Source: Andalucia godoyi And28
Taxonomy: Eukaryota > Protista > Jakobida
Reading direction: 5' to 3'
Assembly: GCA_009859145.1 (NCBI GenBank)
Contig: VRVR01000035.1
Location: 139,026-203,025, forward strand
DNA: 64,000 nucleotides
In this document: positions 53,945-64,000 of the stretch, in pieces
How positions within the stretch are numbered: position 1 is the stretch's first letter
Layout: every line of letters begins with the position of its first letter
The notes under the pieces: generated by a model
Told to the model about the DNA's origin: nothing
What the model saw: only the letters and a program-made list of their open reading frames with translations
The model's database searches: none
Program-made: the position numbers and the translations under genes

Positions 53945-56609
53945 TCAGCGGTCAGAGATAGACTCCGACTTGCCAGCATGGAAGGAGTACGTCCACAGTC
54001 GAGCACGACAGTCCCCGGAGCCAGACGCGACCATGCGAGTGGCAGGAGAAACAGCAACAGAAATAACAGAATTCTTGTGGCCGTGAAGCACTCCCACGCA
54101 GGTGTGCTGGACTTCGGCAGTTCCTGGATTTGTTCGCTGAAGCCAAAACTGCACGGTGCGGTCCTTGGAGCCAGACACGAGGACGGATCCATCCGGAGAG
54201 TACGCAAGCGAGAGAACGTAATCAGAATGTCCTCTAATAACATTGCCAACCATCACCGTTCCGTCGTCATGGTCTTTCTTATCCTTTCCATTGTCAGTTC
54301 TTCGGTCTCGAAGCGATCGTGCAGCTTCCTTGACGTCCCAGACACGAATTGTACGATCTAGTGAACCGGATGCAATGCGAGTCCCGTCAGGTGCAAAGGC
54401 CACAGCGTACACAGAATCCTCGTGGCCTTCCCAAGCATGGACGAAATCACCTGTCCGCAGATCCCACATTCGAACAATCGCATCGAGCGATCCCGCAGCA
54501 ACGTACATCCCATCTGGAGAAACAGCAACCGACGTCACTCCATCACGCGGTCCGTGCAAAGAATCACCAAGGACCAGCAATGGTGCAAGATTCCTCCAAT
54601 CCCACACGCGGAGCTTTCCATCCCCGGACCCCGAGACCAGCAATCGCCCGTCGGGTGAAAAGTCAAGTCCGTAAATATCCAGCTCGTGGCCACGAAGAAC
54701 GATGGCAAGCAATGCGTCTGGCTTTTCATCCATATTTGCGTGATGCGCCCCACTGTTTGATGCTGTCAAAGTCGGTGCAACCGCTGTGGAGGATGCATCG
54801 TCCGCTGTTTCCTTCTTTGCAGACTTGGAGTCCTCAGACTCCGAAGAAGCTAAGTTCTTCGAAATGAGTGCTGCGGACGATGCGGACGGCGTAGGTGCAG
54901 GTGCAATGATTGCGTTTGTGCCTGGCTCGCGGTCCGAGGCATACAGCGACCATATCTTGACGATGCGATCTTCGGCACCCGTGGCCAGGAACCGACCGTC
55001 TGGAGAAAAGCAGACGGATCTGACATATGACTCCCCGCCAACATTTTCCGAGCCAGCGTTCGGAAGACCGGCTTTCGGCAACACCACCGAGTTGGAGTTC
55101 TCGACGTCTTCAATCTTCGATCGCGGCGGCGCATCAAACCTGCACGATGCTGGAATGGGGTCTGACTCGCGAAGCACAGAGCGCAAGTCGCCCGTGAACA
55201 CATCGAATATCTGCGTCATTTTGTTGGATCCAGTGGCCAGAAGAGAGCCGTCTTTCGAGAATCGAACACAGCACACAACCGACCGATGCTGAAGAATATG
55301 ATGGTCATTAATTCCCATCCTTTCGCCAATCGCCGGCGTTGATCCGGTGACTGTCACCGCTGCACCTGTCCCATCCGTCGAAGGATACGACAAATGGAAC
55401 GATCCGTCGTCGGGTTCATCCAAAACAGACGCAACCACGGAAGCAGAGGCCGGTGCCGCGGTGGCAGCTACAGAACCAGCGGTCACAGTCGGTGATACAG
55501 AGGACGTAGGTGGTGATGTTGGTCCAACAGACCCAGAAACAGGCAGCACTGCCGGGTTGATGACAGGAGATGCAGTTGCAATTGACGCCTTTCCTTCTAC
55601 CGCTACCTTCTCGCTATTTTTCTTCTTCTTCGATGCCGGTGCACCAGCAGAGGACGCGGGGGCAGGCTTCTGTGCCTTTGCCGTAGCATTCTTCTTCGGT
55701 TTTCCGCTTTCTTCGGACTCCTGATCCGACTCCACGTCTCCCTTTTGCGTGGAGAACGAGGCGGATGCAGATACAGGAGCAGGCTGCTGGGAGCCAATGG
55801 CCATGGAGGGATGTCCAGCCATCGGAACTCCCGAAGAAACCGCAGTCGGCATGCTTTGGTTCGCAAATCCATATGCATTGGGAGCAGGATACGCTGGTTG
55901 CTGTCCATAATAAGGATACTGTTGCGCCTGCGGCTGTTGCGGTTGCGATGGTATTTGCTGCTGCTGCTGCTGTTGGTGGTGATGCTGTTGTTGCGGTGGA
56001 GGAATGTTATGAGGAGCATAGGGAGCACCGCTGCCGCCTCCGGTGCTTCCCGCCGCTTGCATTCCCGGGTGAATATTGTGGTGGTGTGAAACCATGTGCG
56101 GCTGCGCACCGTGGTACGCCGCATATGGGTCTTGATACGGATAATAGGATCCCTGCGGTGTGGCAGCTCCAGGAGCGACATTGGACGCAGTGCTGCTATT
56201 CAGCGGCGCAGCAGGAGCGTTGGCCGATTGCAATGAAGAGACGGATGCATTCTCGGACAATCGAGAGCGTTTCTGGGGCGGAAGCTGCACATTCGAACCG
56301 GCTGATTCCAGTATCCTTCGCAACCTCGCAATCTCCTCTTCATATCTGAAACACTCGGATGGAAGTGTAAAATATACAAAAAAAGATGAAGGAAAAACCA
56401 AATGTTAGCACTTGCTAAAATATCAATTAAACATAAAAAAACACGACGATTTGATTCAAACAGGCGCAAACAAAAGGCAAACAAGAAAGCCAACAAGCAA
56501 ACATACTCGAGTCGCATTTGAGAGTGCCGCCGTTCAAGATCATGAAGCGCGTGCTGCAGCTGCACGTATTCAAACAAGTGTTGTTCCACTGAAAATATAG
56601 AGTAAGTAA

Positions 56610-56647
<38 letters not shown>

Positions 56648-57190
56648 AAGAAATGTTAGTATTTCAAACGAAGGACGCTGCAAGGATGCTAGCAATAAGA
56701 AAAGGCACGTACTTTTTCGTTCATACTCTTCACGCTGAATCGTCAACAGAGTGAGTTCTCTTCTGAGCATTTCGTTTTCAGAGTCGATCATTCTTGGGTT
56801 GTGTGAAGCGCTGTTGGGGATATTGGGCGACTGGTTGACGGCCGACGACAGACCCGACAATGCCGATCCAGCAGACGCAGACGGATTGTTGGCAGCGGTG
56901 GAGGACGCCGATGCCGCAGGAGCATGAGGATGAGGATGGGGATGAGGGTGGGGATGGGAATGGGAATGGGGATGAGGATGGGGATGAGGATGCCCTGAAG
57001 AGGAGGTCGTGAGAGAGAGCGACTGCGGTGGATAAAGAGGTTGATGATGGTGCATCATAGGTGAAGGATACGCAAAGGACGGAAGTGGGATCGCAGACGA
57101 TGACGGACCAGAGGCTAATGTACCGCCAGATCCAGAAGCCGACGATGACGAGTTTGGAGCAGTCTGAGACTGCGGGATTGAAGCAGACAT
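53945..57190 (-). CDS. TUP1: Tup1-like transcriptional co-repressor (Tup_N coiled coil plus WD40), 3 exons, 986 aa
   Basis: Exons 57190-56713, 56588-56507 and 56345-53945. Splicing rebuilds Tup_N (EYERKMEQHLFEYVQLQHALHDLERRHSQMRLEYEEEIARLRRILE). The WD40s are Tup1-typical (VVCCVRFSKDGSLLATGSN, YVRSVCFSPDGRFLATGAED, GHKNSVISVA). Confidence 0.9.
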
Positions 57191-57433
57191 TGTATGTAAG
57201 AATATGTATGCGTGTGACTGACAGACAATGTGTGACTATGTGACTGCGTGTTGTCACTTTCACTTTCCTACTACAACGCCAACTCCTACGCCCACTACGA
57301 CGAACTCTGACGAAGGATGTCGACGATAAAAACTCACAGCACAATAACAAGCAGCACCAATAACAAGCAACAACACCCAAAGAAGGATAGGTGAAAAAAC
57401 AGAAAGAAAAACAAAACAAAAGAAATAAAAGAC

Positions 57434-57442
57434 AGAGAGAGG

Positions 57443-57522
<80 letters not shown>
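57434..57522. repeat. (GA)n microsatellite upstream of TUP1
   Basis: Direct reading. Confidence 0.95.
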
Positions 57523-57525
<3 letters not shown>

Positions 57526-58036
57526 TTAAAAGGAAAGAAAAAAATAAAAATGAATGAGCAAAGGAACGACGCGCTTTCTTTTGTTCTTCTTAATATTCGT
57601 TTTATTTAATTTATAAATTTTTTTTTTAAAAGTGTTTTTTGGAGGGAATTAGATAAATGTTTATGCTCTGAGTGCTCAGTGCGTGCTGGGTCGTCAAGAT
57701 GCATTTGAAGCCTCTGAGCATTCTACTCTTTTCTTTTCTTTTTTTCTGAAACGGGAAACTTTTGCCCGCCTCTGAAAAAATTCCGAAGCTCCGGAGAAAA
57801 AATCCGAAAGATAGGGTAGGGTGGGGGGGTGCGTAGCTACAGTGGATTGTGTTCTTTTGAAAAAAAAAAATCGCTTTTTTTTGTATTCTGCTCCACTGTG
57901 CACAAAGAAGAAACCCTAGACTTTTTCTTTCGTTTGGTGTCCCATCGCCTCTTTCATCTCTCCCCGTCCTTTTTCGCCTTCGTTTTTCGTCTGTTTCTTC
58001 ATCTTTTCTCTGCGATTGAACGAACTCGACGAATTT

Positions 58037-58158
<122 letters not shown>

Positions 58159-58183
58159 AGAAAAGAAACAATTGGTGGGAGAA

Positions 58184-58999
58184 ATGATGATTCGAAACAC
58201 ACGTGTCTTGAGCTCACCGTCGGTTGCGGCTGTTTTGGAGCGGCTTCCTGTGATTACTCCTTATCCTGCTGCTTATGAATCGGCGTTTTCTGCCTTCCAA
58301 AAAGCATCTGCTTTGCGATTTCAAAAGCCACCGATGAACGACTGGGCTCCAATGACCGGCTCTGCATCTCCCGGCACAGGCTCCAGCGAAGGCGCCGCAG
58401 AAGACAATGTCTTTGCGACTGAATTTCGTGCTGCTCCGAGACTCACGCAGCAGGATAGCATCAAAGACTCGATGGATGTCGACCGCAAGCTCGCGAATAG
58501 GTTGTATTTTGTCGTCAAGAAGAATGGAAAGTGGACATTTCCCCTGCTGTCGCTCAATGAAGAGTCGCTTTCGCTCTCCAATGCATCGTCGCCGTCAGCG
58601 TCTTCTTCTCTTGTAAGGGATGAAAGTAGTAGCAACAGCAGCAGTAGTGGTAATAGTAGTAGTAGTAGTAGTGGTAGTGGTAGTGGTAGCAGTAGTTCCA
58701 ACAGCAATAATAGTAATAAGAAATGGATGGAATTGACTGGAGTCGCGAAGATTGCAAAGAACGCACTGGATCGCGAACTCGCAGCGATTGCGCCGTCTGC
58801 TTCCGATCGAGTGTTTGTTGTTTCCAACGCTCCGTTTTTTGAAGAAAACGGAACATTCTTTGTGAAGGCTACGTATGTGGGAATGCCTGCAGAGTTTGCA
58901 GCTAGCGTCGTCAAGGGTGCATCCGAGTTTGGATGGGTTGATCGGCAGCAACTCAAGGAGCTCACCGGCTCCGATGTCTCCAAGGCGCTATGGGACTAA
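58184..58999 (+). CDS. MRPL46: Mitochondrial ribosomal protein mL46, 271 aa
   Basis: PRLTQQDSIKDSMDVDRKLANRLYFVVKKNGKWTFP, VSNAP, TFFVKA and FGWVDRQQL match the mL46 pattern. It has a presequence-like N-terminus and a Ser/Gly insertion. Confidence 0.75.
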   Translation: MMIRNTRVLSSPSVAAVLERLPVITPYPAAYESAFSAFQKASALRFQKPPMNDWAPMTGSASPGTGSSEGAAEDNVFATEFRAAPRLTQQDSIKDSMDVDRKLANRLYFVVKKNGKWTFPLLSLNEESLSLSNASSPSASSSLVRDESSSNSSSSGNSSSSSSGSGSGSSSSNSNNSNKKWMELTGVAKIAKNALDRELAAIAPSASDRVFVVSNAPFFEENGTFFVKATYVGMPAEFAASVVKGASEFGWVDRQQLKELTGSDVSKALWD

Positions 59000-59245
59000 G
59001 TCTCCTGCTTCTGCTGCCGGTTCTGGTTCTGGTTACCGGTGTGGCAGCTCTACACTACACTGCACTCCCCCGGGAATTAAAAAATAAAAAAGCAATAGAT
59101 ATTTATGATGCACTTGTCTTGTGTGCATCATTCATTTACACGGGGCGGGGAAGAGACAGGAAAACGAAAACGAAAACGAAAACGAGAATGGAAAAACACC
59201 CGAAACAGATGTGCATGCCGCTCACAAAACACACACCTTCACGTC

Positions 59246-59434
59246 CTAGTCAGAGCGCTGCTTCAAGCTCGCTTGTTTCCGCGCTGCGGACTTCTGCAGA
59301 GGCTGCGAAGCCTGGCCAGGTGCCGTCGATCCAAAGAATGAAGTGTTCCTCAGCCCCGACCAGTTGATGTCACCAGTCGGCTTGTGCATCTCTGCAAGAT
59401 GCTCGGCTCCAATAATCAGTTTATTTTCTCCCAT
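59246..59434 (-). CDS. Candidate small protein, 62 aa
   Basis: ATG..TAG ORF of coding-like composition in an otherwise empty gap, followed by UTR-like (CGTTTT)n. No homology recognised. Confidence 0.3.
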   Translation of the reverse strand: MGENKLIIGAEHLAEMHKPTGDINWSGLRNTSFFGSTAPGQASQPLQKSAARKQASLKQRSD

Positions 59435-59871
59435 TGCTCCGTGTACTATGTTATAAATCTCCCGTTCTCTTTTACAAGTCGAAAACAGTCCTGCTCGAAA
59501 GAAAATAAACGAGGGCGGCGAAGAAAAGAAACGTTTCCCTGTCGTCGGGCTGTTGCGAAAGACCGAGAAAGAGGGTACTGCGGCCCCTACGCAATTGCTG
59601 CTGTTGTCGTGGGATGTTGTTATTCAAGTGACCTGCGCTTGAACAGATTGTGATGCGCGCTCGATCTGGGGGGGGTGCTCTTCGATTTCCGCGCTCTGGT
59701 GTGACGTGAACTGCCTTCCCGCCGTGGCGAGACAGCAGACAACCGAGCCGTAGTTGACGGCTCCCAACTCGCTCGATCAAGAAAGACAAAGGAACAGTGT
59801 AGCTGCAGGACAAACGACCCAAGCTGGCTTTGGTTGCAGATGGACGAGAACAGGTTGCACAGAATCAAGCG

Positions 59872-61440
59872 ATGGGGACCGCGAGTCTGGATGCGCATGT
59901 ACAGCACTATCTTGGCATCCTCGGTGGATCCTCGGCGTCTCCGCTGACGCATGTCATTGGATCCCATCTTCTTGTCTGGCCTTCGTATGCATCTCGGCCG
60001 ATTCACATTGACTTTTCGAGCCCTGGCGCGCCGCAATCCCCCAAGCCACGCTATCTAGACACAGCAGGCGATATTCATACGGTTCCTCGTATCGGATGTG
60101 CCACGGTTGCCAATCCTGATGATCCGTATGAGCTGCTGTGCTTCGGCGGATGCACATTTCCAAAGACGTTTGACGGCGCAACGGTTTCACATAGCACAAA
60201 GTCTCGGTCAAACACGGTGGCTCATCAAAGTGCGTTTGGAATTTTGTGTTCCTCCGAGTTTAACCACGTGACAATTCGTCCGCTCTCGGCCGCAGACTCT
60301 CCGCACAGACCGGCCTTCTCCAATTCTGCGTCCGCACAGAACCACAATGGCGATGGCGATTCTTCTGCTTCGCTTGTTCTTGAGCACCGTCATAAGAACA
60401 TGAAGAAGCACTCGCAAAATCCACTTAGTCCTCGATGGGCGGCGTCAGCAGCTGGGTCCGCAGACATGCACCGAGTCATTATTTTCGGAGGCGAGGGCCC
60501 GGACTTGGCCTCCTCTGCGTACTACTCGGCGCAGAACGGGCCTGGTCACTTTCCAAGTTCCGGATCGGCGCTGTCGAGATTTGTGAAACCGCCCAACCTG
60601 GAAATGTCGCCTGGAACTTCCGAGTTTGCATCAGCTTCGCTTGCTTCGTTTTCGCAATCAGGAGTGTACCAGTCTGTTCCGTGGGTGTTGTTTGACGATA
60701 CTGTGCTGTGGGACTCTTTGGAGCGGGAGTTTTTGGTTTGCAGAACGCGGAATCTTGCGTCCAAGGACTATTCGCAGTGGATGGGTCGCAGAGCATGGCA
60801 TTCGACAACATGTTTGGGATCTAAAATGTATCTTTGTGGCGGGTTCTTGACTGGTCCGTCGTCCGTGGCGTCGGATATGTGGGTTTTGGATGTTCCAACT
60901 TTGTGCTGGAACCGCGTGCCGCAGCCGAAAGGAGCAATTTCCAACCAGTTCCCCGCTGTTGGATCCTCGAGGAAGGATGTTGCGGACATGGTTCACTGCT
61001 TTGCGGCTGCTGGTCACGGAATGGCGGCCTTGGACGACTCGTTTTTGCTCTGCCACGGAGGAATGATGCCTGCAAGCGTACCTGGACCCAATGCTGCTGC
61101 GTCCTCGGTTCCGTGGATCTCTTCCCAGACTGCTCTCTATGATCCTCGCGCAAACCAGTGGGTTCCAGTTCGTACAGTCGTCACGAAAGTCACATGCTGC
61201 GATGACTTACTCGTGCCCTTTGCTGGCTTAAAGTCGATTAACCACAACACCGTGGAACTGCTTTCCAACGACCCTGCTGCGCGCTCTTCTGTGTCCTTGC
61301 GAGGTGCTCCGCAGCGAGACTCGCTCGCTCGGTGGAAACACAACTTGTCCGTTCTCGACGACCGCCACATTGCAGTTGTTGGTGGCATCGACAACGCGGG
61401 GCTCTCTGGCGACGTCTCTATCTTGGACCTTGCATTTTGA
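59872..61440 (+). CDS. Kelch-repeat beta-propeller protein, 522 aa
   Basis: Repeated GG dipeptide blades (LCFGG, IIFGG, YLCGG, LCHGG, VVGG) preceded by R-x-x-H-type motifs. First ATG is at 59872. Confidence 0.8.
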   Translation: MGTASLDAHVQHYLGILGGSSASPLTHVIGSHLLVWPSYASRPIHIDFSSPGAPQSPKPRYLDTAGDIHTVPRIGCATVANPDDPYELLCFGGCTFPKTFDGATVSHSTKSRSNTVAHQSAFGILCSSEFNHVTIRPLSAADSPHRPAFSNSASAQNHNGDGDSSASLVLEHRHKNMKKHSQNPLSPRWAASAAGSADMHRVIIFGGEGPDLASSAYYSAQNGPGHFPSSGSALSRFVKPPNLEMSPGTSEFASASLASFSQSGVYQSVPWVLFDDTVLWDSLEREFLVCRTRNLASKDYSQWMGRRAWHSTTCLGSKMYLCGGFLTGPSSVASDMWVLDVPTLCWNRVPQPKGAISNQFPAVGSSRKDVADMVHCFAAAGHGMAALDDSFLLCHGGMMPASVPGPNAAASSVPWISSQTALYDPRANQWVPVRTVVTKVTCCDDLLVPFAGLKSINHNTVELLSNDPAARSSVSLRGAPQRDSLARWKHNLSVLDDRHIAVVGGIDNAGLSGDVSILDLAF

Positions 61441-61571
61441 TCTCTTCCCTTACCTCTTTCCTCCCTCCCTTCTGCGTCCCTACTGCTGTCTACATGTAGA
61501 TAGACCCATAACATTATACTACAGCATTCCATAAAATCGCAACTTTATATATACAACACACTCGAACGACA

Positions 61572-62048
61572 TCACAAGGATTGCTGCTGCTGAGGTTGCT
61601 GCTGCTTTCCCATAAAGTCACGCACTGCAGCCTTGATTGCATCTTCGGCAAGCATGGAGCAGTGGAGCTTCACAGGAGGAAGTGCGAGGTGTTTTGCGAT
61701 ATCCGAGTTCTTGATTCCCATGACCTCGTCGATGGTTTTTCCCTGGACCCACTCGGTAACGACGGACGACGAAGCGATTGCCGAGCCGCAGCCAAAGGTC
61801 TTGAACACAGCTTTGCGAATCACATTAGTCGAAGGATCCACGTCGATCTGAAGCTTCATTACGTCTCCGCATGCCGGAGCTCCAACAAGACCCGTTCCAA
61901 CCGTCGGTGAGTTTTTATCCATCGAACCAACATTGCGTGGGTTTTCATAGTGCTCAATAATCCGATCGCTGTATTTTGTCCGCACAAACTGAAGATTCCG
62001 AGCAGCAGCAGCTGGAAACACCAAGCGAGATCCAAACAAGCGATTCAT
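61572..62048 (-). CDS. ISCU: Mitochondrial Fe-S scaffold IscU/Isu1, 158 aa
   Basis: HYENPRNVGS, GAPACGDVMKLQI, FKTFGCGSAIASSS and LPPVKLHCSMLAEDAI, with an Arg-rich presequence from ATG 62048. Confidence 0.98.
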   Translation of the reverse strand: MNRLFGSRLVFPAAAARNLQFVRTKYSDRIIEHYENPRNVGSMDKNSPTVGTGLVGAPACGDVMKLQIDVDPSTNVIRKAVFKTFGCGSAIASSSVVTEWVQGKTIDEVMGIKNSDIAKHLALPPVKLHCSMLAEDAIKAAVRDFMGKQQQPQQQQSL

Positions 62049-62542
62049 TTCTGCAGTTCGTTTTCCGTACGTCTCTCTGTCTTTGTTTCTGTCTGTGACG
62101 TTGCGGTAGTTGAGATGTAAGTTTTCCTTGACTTTTGAACTTTGGAGAAAACACACACACCAAAAGGAAAAAAAGAAAATAAGGAAAAGGAAAAAGATCA
62201 GAGACTCCGGAGCAACAAGAGCTATAAGAGCAAAGCCCGCAATTCGCAGTTCCCATAGAAGTTTACCGTAGAAATATGCGATGTCTTTGTTGATGCCTTG
62301 ATGCCGCGGCTCCGTTTCTCCGGCGACAAAGACATTCTCTGTCGGGCTATTTTGTTCCGACGTCGACCCGCCATGCAGAAAGGAGGAGACGCGGAGAAAG
62401 CCACGAAAAGAAACCGCTGCGCGCAAGGTGCACTTGGGACTCCTCAAGCCCCGGGCTCTTTTGGCAAATTAAACAAGCGTCGGGAAAAAGAGAGGCGGCT
62501 GGATTCTTTTACTACTGCTTACTGCTGCAGAATAGGAGAGAG

Positions 62543-63568
62543 ATGTTTTCAAAGAATCGGTTCTTGTCGCTGCTGCGCACTCGGCGGTTCTTTCGGGAGG
62601 TTTTGCATGTTGAATCGTGTACTTCCACTATGGATCTCGGTGCCGAGATGGTGGCCTCTGCAACCACTTCCAACGTATGTTTTTCTCTTTGTTGTTGTTG
62701 TCTGTGCTACGTTTCCCCCTCCGAAGCTGCTGTTCGTGTGAAAGGTGTGTGCAGGCAGTATGAGGGGACTGGTTTGAATTGATGAAAAAAGACGAATTTG
62801 TGCACTGATGAATTTGTATGTGGGTAGATTGAGGGAAGCATCATCATCACGGATCAACAGACAAGAGGTCGCGGAACGAAGCAGCGCTCGTTTGAAAGCT
62901 CCAGAACAGGAAATGTGTACACGACGCTTGTCTTTTCGTATGATTCCGATGAGTATCCATTTCCGCCGTTATTTCTGGTTCGTGCAGTTCCGGCTGCGCT
63001 GTGTGACGCGATCTCCTCGGTTGGCGTGAGCAGTCCCCCGATGATCAAGTGGCCGAATGATGTGTGGATCGCTGGCAAAAAGACGGCTGGAATCCTTATT
63101 GAAACGAGCTCCATGGGTCCACGAATGACGTGCTTTGTAGGAATTGGGGTGAACCTGAACACGAATCCAAGTGTTGCAGATCCTGCCCTCAAGGATATTG
63201 CCACGTGCGTTAAAGATAATGTTGCTGCGACAGAGGACACACGGGATGCAGTTATTGATCGGGAAGAGTTCCTCGTGACCTTCTGTGAACATCTCGAGAA
63301 GTACTTGTCACCTTCGTATGCAAGTGTTCTTGAACACACGTATCGAGAGCGAAGTGTCATTATTGGGAGAAGGGTCAGGGTGTTTCCAAACGGCGTGGTT
63401 GGAGTCAGAACTTCGCTGCTGGCGACCGGAGCACCGGATGCATGCCTTGCGCAGTGGGATGGTGTCGCACTGTCTGTGGATTCTTTCGGGTTCCTAAAAG
63501 TCCGCAGAGACGACACTGCTGAGGAAGTCGTCCTCTCCGCAGAAGAAGTCTCTCTTCGTCTCGTGTAA
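62543..63568 (+). CDS. Biotin--protein ligase (BirA/holocarboxylase synthetase catalytic type), 2 exons, 290 aa
   Basis: Exons 62543-62674 and 62828-63568, intron GTATGT..TAG. Motifs CTSTMD, QTRGRG, IKWPNDVW, KKTAGILIE, GIGVN and C-terminal VDSFGFLKV. Confidence 0.9.
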
Positions 63569-63943
63569 AACTCCACAACCTGCAACCCACAATTATCTCT
63601 CTTTATCTCTTTTTCTCTACGTACAAAACGTATTTTGCAGTGATGTGATGATTACGAGGAGTTTGGCCAAATTCCGCGATGCAGCCCGCCGGGTCAATCA
63701 GCATCAGCGCCCATCCAATGAGTTTCCCTTTTGAGTGGGACATCCGTGGGGTCTGCGCACCTCCAAAACAGAAACAACCTATTTCCTGTTCAGAGCTCTC
63801 GAATTGATCAATTAGTGCATTCGTTAGAACCGTTTGGACTTTGGGAACCAGGAAAAAAAAACTAGGGATTCTCAACGAGCTTCAGTTTGTGCCATTCCGA
63901 ACAGATACTGTATCCATTCTGTTGATTGGCAATGGTATGCGCC

Positions 63944-63945
<2 letters not shown>

Positions 63946-63989
<44 letters not shown>

Positions 63990-64000
63990 AGGAGAGGAGA
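63946..64000. repeat. (GA)n microsatellite running off the window end
   Basis: Direct reading. Confidence 0.95.

Overview
This is gene-dense nuclear DNA from a flagellated, mitochondrion-bearing protist using the standard genetic code. The compact layout and rare 92-161 nt introns would fit a jakobid-like discobid, but that is an unverified inference. I support 29 protein-coding genes. About 21 are recognisable families, including NUDT22, ACSL, TOP2, a GrxA-like glutaredoxin, TFIIH p62, MED16, RPLP1, SART1/Snu66, IMP2, ABCE1, CDC20, BET3, PITHD1, TUP1, mL46, ISCU and a biotin ligase. The rest are uncharacterised, several probably cilium-related. Four genes need splicing (11 introns, all with GTAYGT donors), which the ORF track misses. 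Many ORF-track starts are TTG/GTG artefacts and were moved to the likely ATG. I found no tRNA, rRNA, CRISPR array or transposon, and no clear multi-gene novel system. The main unexplained signals are: (1) near-strict strand alternation giving 12 head-to-head gene pairs, some functionally matched; (2) a double E2F site between TOP2 and the glutaredoxin; (3) dense RPx[S/T][AGPS] kinase-consensus motifs in the putative ciliary proteins; (4) a Snu66 with no HIND motif alongside uniformly strict splice donors; (5) telo-box and telomere-like motifs upstream of translation genes; (6) candidate hidden transcription units where the alternation breaks.
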